Shown: positions 55,701-64,000 of the stretch, piece by piece
Layout: every line of letters begins with the position of its first letter
How positions within the stretch are numbered: the stretch's first letter is position 1
DNA from: Auanema rhodensis
Taxonomy: Eukaryota > Animalia > Nematoda
DNA: 64,000 nucleotides
Assembly: GCA_964057225.1 (NCBI GenBank)
Contig: OZ059897.1
Span: 12,958,001 to 13,022,000, forward strand
Direction of reading: 5' to 3'
Notes under the pieces: generated by a model
What the model was told of the DNA's origin: nothing
The model's input: the letters and a program-made list of their open reading frames with translations, nothing else
Database searches by the model: none
Translations under genes and position numbers: made by a program

Positions 55701-56909
55701 TCCAATGTATTCAAAATTCTTAATCAATCTTCTTTTCTTATTCTGACATGTGAAAATCTTTTGAATCTCTAATTAATTAGGATAGTTAGATGGTAGCTTG
55801 ATCAGTATTAGAAAGAGATTTATCAGTAGTTAAAGAGTAATTTTCTTAAATAAAAAATAGAAATAAGAGAGAGATGAAGGTGGAGCGGAAAGTTAATAGA
55901 GAGAGAGAGAAAGAGAAAGAGAGAGAGAGAGAGAGAGGGAGAGGGGTTTATAATCATTCCAACTGGTATCAGTTTATCAACTATTTCTCGTTTCGACATC
56001 CTCTTCCTCAACAAAACGCATATACACATCGACAAATGAACACAAAAATACATAGTCAAATGGCTGTTTGAATATATTTATATATTTATATTTATATATA
56101 TATATATATAAAGAGAGAAAAGAAAAGAAAAATAAAGAGAGAAATAGAAAGAGTAAGAGAGAGAAAATGGACAACGATAGATCTTTCGTCCTAAAAATAC
56201 CAGTTCTTTTCATCGCCTCTGGGCAAACTATCAAACAGATACACTAATTTACGAATGAAAGACATTTGGCTTATCAAAGATATTTCAATTTAACAGTTTA
56301 TCTTATAGCTATTTAGCCGTTAAAATTAAAAAAAGCAAAATTTATGTTATTCTTAAGATCTTTCCTTTATTTTAAATTTAAATTTTATATTTTTATAAGC
56401 TTTATACAGTGAGAAATAAAGAGATCTATATTTCTTCTGTTTCTAGCCCTTTCATTATCTATAGGAATATTATTTCTAAAACTATTTTTATACCCAAATT
56501 CACTTTCACATTCTTTTTTTACTTCTTTTTATTTTAAAAATTGTTTCTTCGTCTTAATCAGTCTGTATAGCCTTCAATCTTTCTATCTTGCCACTTGACG
56601 GCTTTTAGATTCTGGACAATCATCACTGTCATTGAAATCATTAGCTGGTCAAAATTCTTCTATCCTTTCTGTTAAATCATCAATTCATATTGACAAAATC
56701 TTTCATCATCATTTTTTATTATTTTTCAACATTTTCTACTGAAGATACTCATATTAGCCGTGGGCAGTTTGCTTTTTTTTCAGAGATTATCCTTCTGAAT
56801 TTCACTCTTGAACACATTTTTTTCCAATCAAGATTATAACAAGTTTAATTTTTTATTGTTTTTCCATATCTACATTGGTCATATTTTCATTTTTCAAATC
56901 TCTTTCTCC

Positions 56910-56912
<3 letters not shown>

Positions 56913-56952
<40 letters not shown>
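56913..56952. repeat. (TA)n microsatellite
   Basis: Directly visible. Confidence 0.95.
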
Positions 56953-56960
<8 letters not shown>

Positions 56961-59900
56961 TGTTTTTATATATTCATTTTTTAAATGCTTCTTTATTAAG
57001 ATTGTAGTTTGAACTTTTCATTTAGCTATATTATGAGCATTATAAACATTTTATTTCACTTTTTTCAGTTATATTAATCAATATTCATTATTTTTTATTT
57101 TATTTTTGAATGTTTTGCGTGACCTACGGATTCATATACTTTTTTATTTCAAATAAATAAGTATAAATTGAATACCCGCCCAGATATCCAATTTTGAATT
57201 TATTTGGCATCCAGTATCATAAGTTCAAAATAATTTTATTCCAGTCGTCTATTTCATATCATTGTATATATAATGGTTTATATATTGATAATATTTATTA
57301 ATTATATCTTGTTTTATTATATTGTCGTGTTAATTGCTTTTCATTATTCTCATTAAACTTGCTTCATTTTAGAAGAACACAGCTTTCACGGATCTTCACA
57401 ATCTATCAAAATCAAATCATAGCTCATCATATCAAAAAGGTACGATAATCTAATTGAACAATACTTTATTTCTATTTTTTTATTATTTTCTTTGGACTTT
57501 ATTGGCTTTACTTGATTTTATTATATTTTATTTATGGGCAACCTAATTATTTACTACACTGGTTAATCTTGTTCAAATCTCATCAATGCACAATTTGTTC
57601 TGACTAGAACAGCATGAAGTACCAGCTTGAAGATCTACATTTTTCACTTTTTTTTTCTTTGATAGTCAATCGATTTTTGATCTTCAACGCTTTCAAAAAA
57701 TACTGATTGGAGAGGGTGATATCTTTCAGTATTGGGCTCTCCAATTTTTTCTCTTGATAGCTTTTCCGAAATAAACTTCATTCTTCAACCCCCCCCCCCC
57801 CTTCCTCTCTTCTCTTCCAAACACACGGACTATTAAATCACACAAACTCTTGCTACTCTCTTGTTTCATTTTTTCATTTTAGACCAGCTGATAAGTAAAA
57901 CAAGATCTGTAGTTTCAATTAGGAACTGATCTTAAAGTTGTTCTAAATTATATACCTATAGTTAGATATTATCTGAATAACCTTATAACTTTTTGCTAGC
58001 TTTTTGTAGTTTATCGCTTCCTGCGGCAGTTTTTTTTTTTGAAGAAAATACTTTTGATCGTTTCAATCTTTATTATTTTTGATAATAATGAAGCTATTCG
58101 TAAAAAAAAAATCAAATGTCTCTAATTGGAACTTGTAAAAATTTGTTCAATCGTTTTTATGCCTGATAAGAAAATAATCATCATTGCCATCTTCAGGGTT
58201 GTTTCATTTTATGAAATTAAATAGTTTAATGAGACTATTTGATAATTTTCCAAAAATTTTATTAGGTCTTTCATATTGTTTTGGAAATTTCTTTTGATAT
58301 AAAATATTTTAATGATAAATATCCATATGAGAAGATGGCTATGATGTTAGTTTTACTTCTGCTATTACCCTCAGGGATTTTTGTCGTTTTTGCGATTCTC
58401 ATATTCATGTGGACAGCCTTTTATATGTTCATCTATATTTCATTTTGTTTTTATTCATTATCATTTGTTGATAATCTATTCAAATAGTTTATATCTTTGT
58501 AGCTGATTCAAATTGTGTCGTTTGTACATACTTTTGTCCAGTTTGTCAGAAGACAACTTTACAGCCTTCTTTATTTTTGCTTTTCCCATCTTGAATTTTT
58601 TTTCTCATTTTAAAGAAATTGATAATCCATCTAATATCCACATTCTGTGAATGATAACTCTTCAATAATCAACTGCTTTCACATTTGATTTGTCTTGATC
58701 ACATTTTCATCAGCCATAAAAGATTAAGCTTCATTAAATTCTTTTCCTGTTTTCTTCATTTATCCATTTCTCAAAATAATTCCAAATTTTATAGTTGTAT
58801 GGAAGCTGCTCAGATACTACTATTACTATTGCACTTTTTCTATTTCACGTAAAGTTTCTCGTACATTTTAGTCATTCTTCTTACTTTTATGCTAATTAAG
58901 AGATAGCATTTCATTTTCAATTTTGCACGCGCGGTCGCATTTTTAGAAGTTTTTTTTCTGTTTTTAAGTTTTTTCATTTAGTTCTAATGATCTTTAAACA
59001 ATATCTTAAGATAATATATATATATACTATATATATATATATAATATTGTTTTATATATATACATATTGCTTTTAATTTATTTTTCTCTTTGAAATAGCA
59101 TTTATCATTGTCTGTCCCTCTCTCTCTCCACTTTAAATCTATCTGCTCTGGTGGTCACTTTCTCATGTTTTATGTTATGGGTGAATCAACACTTTAAGAC
59201 ATGGCTTTTGTAAAATCTGTTCTTATTTTTGAATGTTTTATGTTTTAATGCTTTTAAAGTTTTAAAATCAAATTATTTTGCAATTTTATTTACATTTAAG
59301 ATGCTTTTCAAATTTATGCGATAATAGTAGTCGATTACTCAGTTTTATGTGTTCCTACAACAACTTAAGAAAAATCAAATTTATCTTAAGCAAAAAGTTG
59401 ATTTCCAAATAAGTCAAGAGCCTTTTCGCGCACTTAATTCCTGATTTTTTGATATTTTTGGGCAATCCGCTAAAAACTTGTTTTTCTATGACGATTTCAC
59501 GGATTTACTCGAGCTAATCCAGCGACTGTCTAGTGAAGTATTTGTAAATAGGCCTAACCATATCCTCTATCGTATTTATCAGTAGCTTGGATAAAAAAAA
59601 GTATTTGTGATTATTTATATAATATATTTATAATGTCTAACTATATACATAACAAGATTGGCTTGAGAAGATAATGTCTTCATCATATAAGGCGGAGCAT
59701 TTTTGTTGAAAAAGGGAAGAAGACAATAAAGTTTATTGATGAATACTACGTCAATAATATATCAAATTCTACAGGAACGGTTTTCGAATCAAATGTTCAC
59801 GTGGTATATCGTTTGGTGAATGTTGTAGTCTAAACAGAAACAAAACCAATATGATATAATCAAGTCAAGAAACACGATTTTTCGACTTATCAGGAGAAGA

Positions 59901-60971
59901 TCGAGCATGTTTCTTCTTGTTAATTATCATTACACATAGTAAGCATTTTTTTCTTTTGATAAAAAAGAAATAATACAAAAGATAATAACATTCTCCTTCA
60001 TGTTATGACAATAATAATAATAATTTTCATATATACATATGGATACACAAGGTTTCTTATGAGAGACTTTTAGGGATTTTCGTATGATGGTTGTTAGTAG
60101 CCAGTTTTAGGCCACTGAATCGCAACTGATCTATGTCCGGTATCCATTTGTTTTCATCTTTTATTCGGACTGACACTGACTTTTAGCTCTTCTATCATTA
60201 TCTCTAATTTGTTCTGTTTTTTATATTTTCATCTTAAGTTCTATGATGATCAAGGGGGATAAAATGGGATTATCAAATGAGCCGATCATGTTTGAAATTT
60301 AAGTTTTCAATTAGTTTACAGCTTGAATCAAATATCAATGTTTTCCCCAATATACAGTACTCCGATGTATAGTTGTTTGATGCTTCTTGCTGCATTGCTT
60401 AAAATTGAATTTGATGGCTTAATTGAACTTAAGCTATAACAGAGTTTCATGCACGGTTATTCAATTTGTATTTGTTACGGTCTAGTTGATTCAGAAGCAA
60501 GATGAAGCTTAAGAAACGGATGAGTGTAGTCATTTGTCGAATAAAATAAATAAGGGAAGTCTTAAAAGATAGAAATACACTTATTTCATTCACTTAACTG
60601 GTATCATTTTCGGTACTATACACATACTACGAGAGAGGGAGAAGAAAATAGAACCGGCTTTGCATATTTAGTTCTTCGCTTATTTCCTTTTCATCCGTTA
60701 CTTGTTCAGTTTACCTTTTATGGTACAACAATGTTTTTTCTCTATCTCTATAGCTATCTTTCACACTATTTTTCCTTAATTTTGTCTCTAACATCTTTTA
60801 AAAGCACGATATTCTTCGTTCTGATGACGACAGCGTCAATGAAGACTATGACATATTGAAGATCGGTTGCTAATCTCAATTTACCGGTTTAGCTCTCAGA
60901 ATTTCGCAGTATACGTGCGAATGAAGTTTCTTGTAATTTGACGTTTTACATCATCCTCCTTTCTCTCACTT

Positions 60972-60975
<4 letters not shown>

Positions 60976-61030
<55 letters not shown>
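60976..61030. repeat. (CT)n microsatellite
   Basis: Directly visible. Confidence 0.95.
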
Positions 61031-61034
<4 letters not shown>

Positions 61035-63023
61035 ATGTCTATTTTTTCCTCTTTATTTCACTCTTCCTCTCTTTCCCTCTATCTTTTCCTCTGTCAAGCT
61101 CTTGGTCTTGATTCAAGTTTCATTTTTTTATTAGAAAATTCAACTTACTCTTGAACTATTTATTTTTCATGCTCCACCTAAAGCGTAGACCCACATTTAT
61201 TGCGGTTTCAGATTTCTGCAGCTTATCTTGTAACAATTGAATTATTGGTTCACTACTTCATATAATATAAACTGATGTTACTTTTATTCTATTTCTCTCA
61301 CCTTTTTTAACTATTTTGCTTTAGCTATAGTTCCAATTTATTTAATAAGTAAACATTGGTATATGAATTTTGGAGAAAGAACGGATATGAATTATAATGC
61401 TTCTAAGGCGAATAGATAATAGATTCATAATAGAAATAAGGGGAATAGATTTCAAAGAAGATAGATAGAGGAAAGGTAAAGCTAAAAGACTGAAAGAGTA
61501 GAAAATAGAATTATTTGAGTACCAAATAGAATTTTATGTGTCCAGGATATTGTTTATTTCTCGTTAGCGATATGATACCTTACGAAATGAAGCAATTTGC
61601 TTTGAAAGATTTCTCTTTCTTTAGTAGTCGAAACCGATTTAAAACCATAAGATATGCTTTTTCAGAGATATTGTACACATTTTTAATCTTGTTCTTTCTT
61701 TTTTTTATTAATTAAGTCCTTTTTTTTCTCTTTAAACTATTTATCAGTACCCTAATTTTTTGTATGTGCTCTTATAATTTCATTGTTATTGCTATTTTTC
61801 AATATTTCAGCCTAATCTGTTTCGAAAAAAGCAATGAAAACAGATGAGCGAAATATTAAAAAAAAACTTTCAAATTTAGCCTTTATCATAAGATCCGGAT
61901 TAAATCCAAAAAATACTTGCTTGTTCCTTTATGTCGTCAGCAGATAGTATTTTCAAATAAATTTATAAAAACAATATTTTCAAAACTCATGGAAATGCTT
62001 TTCAGAGAATGCGAGAAAATATGACATTTTTTACTTGATCTCATCGTTTGGTTTTTGAGCATAAATTCGAGATGATATAGCTATATCGTCTTGTTGGGAT
62101 TACCGTTCGTTTTTTTTTGATTTGAGGCTCTTTAAACATAACCAAGATTTAATATTGAGCTTAGAGTACCTATAGGATTGCTTAGCTCTTAGGCTCAAAA
62201 ATATCCTGGGTCACGTGAATCTATACACGTGAAAGCTTTGAAACAAGCCGACAGTCTGTTTGCTCTTATATTTTATAGGACAATTTGTGTGAAATTGACA
62301 TTTACCTAAATGAGAGATAATACAGATGTAGAGAGCACAGACTATTAAGTGATACATTATTAGATTTAATAGAGGGAGAAAAGAAAAAATAGAAAAGAGG
62401 ATGTAAGTATTGGGAGGAATGGATAAGATTCTATGGGTTAAGGCCCAGTTGACCCAGGCTCCAGAAATTCCGAGGTCAGCAGCAGTCATCGGACCAAAAA
62501 GATGAGAAGAAATGAAGAAATTGATTTCTTTTTCTGATTATTATCTATCAATCTCATTTATTTCTAAATATCGTCAACCTTCACTTTTGGACTGTTTGTT
62601 AGCCTCAATGTCATATTGAACATCGTTCATATCACATTTCCTCCAATTAATAACTTTCGATCTTAGTCACTTCAATCAGCAGTTAGTTAATCATTTTTGT
62701 TTTGAAACAATGACTGAAGCTTTTCCTTGAAGCTTAATCAGCTCATGTAGTTGGTTCTTTCTTTTGAATTATGAAAGTTGATTTCAACTACCGTATACTT
62801 CGGGGGCTCACCTGTTGTCATAGAAGCATATGAAGCTGTTAGATACAGTAATAGATTAAGCGTAAAATCAAGAATTATGAATTTTAGTTATAAATATTAA
62901 AAATGTATAAAAGCTTTGAAAATTGTATTATTGAGCAATAATTTATAATCAATTTCCCATACACTTTAGGTATCTACGTGTTTGTATGTAGGATTACAAT
63001 AAGATTTGTTGAACACAACTACT

Positions 63024-63029
<6 letters not shown>

Positions 63030-63063
<34 letters not shown>
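63030..63063. repeat. (CT)n microsatellite
   Basis: Directly visible. Confidence 0.95.
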
Positions 63064-63067
<4 letters not shown>

Positions 63068-64000
63068 AGTTCCTTCTTATTTGATTTAATTCATTTGAAA
63101 ACGCTTCTGATTTGTTTTGTAGTAAATCGTGATAAACAGGCATCCGAAATAGGTGATTTACTTTTGAAAGGCCTGGTGATAGATAGCATTGAACGGACAC
63201 GTATGCATGTAATGGATGATGTGTATTCGAGGGACTTCTTCTAAACATTATCATTATCAGATGTCAGAGAGTATTATACTTCATCCTATAACTATGTTAA
63301 TTTAGTTAAATTATGTTTCTTTTCATTAGTCCATCTAATCTATTATTCTCAAACCAAGATGATTGTATAAAACTTTCTATTATATTTATCTTTATCTAAC
63401 CATCAAAGTTTGATTGGGATTTTTGAGAAAATAGAAATATGAATTGAAACAGTTGCCGACGTGATTGCGGAGACTGTAATTGCGATCAGGTCGATAGATT
63501 AAACAATCTTTATATATTCGAGGAATATATCATTCATATATGGTAAGAGAAATTCTATTTTTTTTTATTCTTCTAACTCCTCCTCCTTTTTCTTTCCTCT
63601 CAACACATCTATTCATTATTCTTCTGCCATCGTCATACTTAATTCTATCTCATCATGTCATATTATGTTTGACCTTTTAAGGCTCAACCATGACTCTCAC
63701 AACTCTACTCACTCTTTCTATTTTAGTGCCTCATGGTCCTATCTTTTTATTCATTTAGAGCTTTCTTTTTGTATGTTATACAAAAAAAACTGCCTCTCAT
63801 ATCTCTCTTATTCTTTTCCAACCATCCAATTTTTTGGCCTTATTTGATTATAATAACTATGTATAATTAATCGTTTTGTGTTTTGAACACGAGAACCTAT
63901 ATGAAACGGGGAGAGACCTATAGAATTAAAGATTATACCATTTGACCCCCTTCGGATGAACATGTGTCTTCTGTTGTTGTAAGCAACCACAAAATGACAA

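Noticed and set aside
57601-57622. TGACTAGAAC (miR-44/61/279-like start); similarly TGAAAGAC at ~54944 and ~56256
   Set aside because: Seed-only matches with no precursor-length hairpin.
58356-58377. TCCCTGAG (lin-4/miR-125 5' end) on the - strand
   Set aside because: The rest does not match lin-4 or miR-237 and the hairpin is poor.
59676-59833. Coding-looking fragments (also 36275-36487, 60805-60873, 63125-63244)
   Set aside because: No recognisable domain, and stops or weak splice context; cannot support a gene, pseudogene or transposon call.
26600-62590. Multiple TTTCACTTT (BLMP-1-like) motifs and PATC-like A/T runs
   Set aside because: Expected often at this AT content; enrichment or periodicity cannot be judged by eye.
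1-64000. tRNA, rRNA, SL RNA, CRISPR arrays, telomeric TTAGGC arrays, transposase/RT ORFs
   Set aside because: None seen on manual reading; a covariance-model scan would be needed to exclude divergent small RNAs.

Overview
AT-rich eukaryotic DNA, most likely a rhabditid nematode (very short ~40-55 nt introns, splice acceptors directly before ATGs as expected for trans-splicing, operon-like spacing). The species cannot be fixed from the sequence. Bases 1-19.1 kb are gene-dense: PNO1 and TBL3/UTP13 (- strand, probable SL2-type operon), a GT7 beta-1,4-Gal/GalNAc transferase (+), a Rab23-like GTPase lacking its switch motifs (+), TCERG1/tcer-1 (-) and one spliced ORF fusing ALG8 to an apparently intact Endonuclease V domain (+). 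Bases 19.1-64 kb have no recognisable protein domain. They hold many (GA/CT)n tracts, GC-richer islands, a recurrent ACGTGAA motif and a few small candidate exons, the best being an in-phase pair at 24683-24920. Best leads: the ALG8-EndoV fusion with a possible intronic stop/poly(A) switch, a 9-nt microexon plus possible poison exon in TCERG1, the switch-less GTPase, and frequent AAG acceptors. All gene models were spliced by hand without transcript evidence, and most ORF-track entries beyond 19 kb are spurious.
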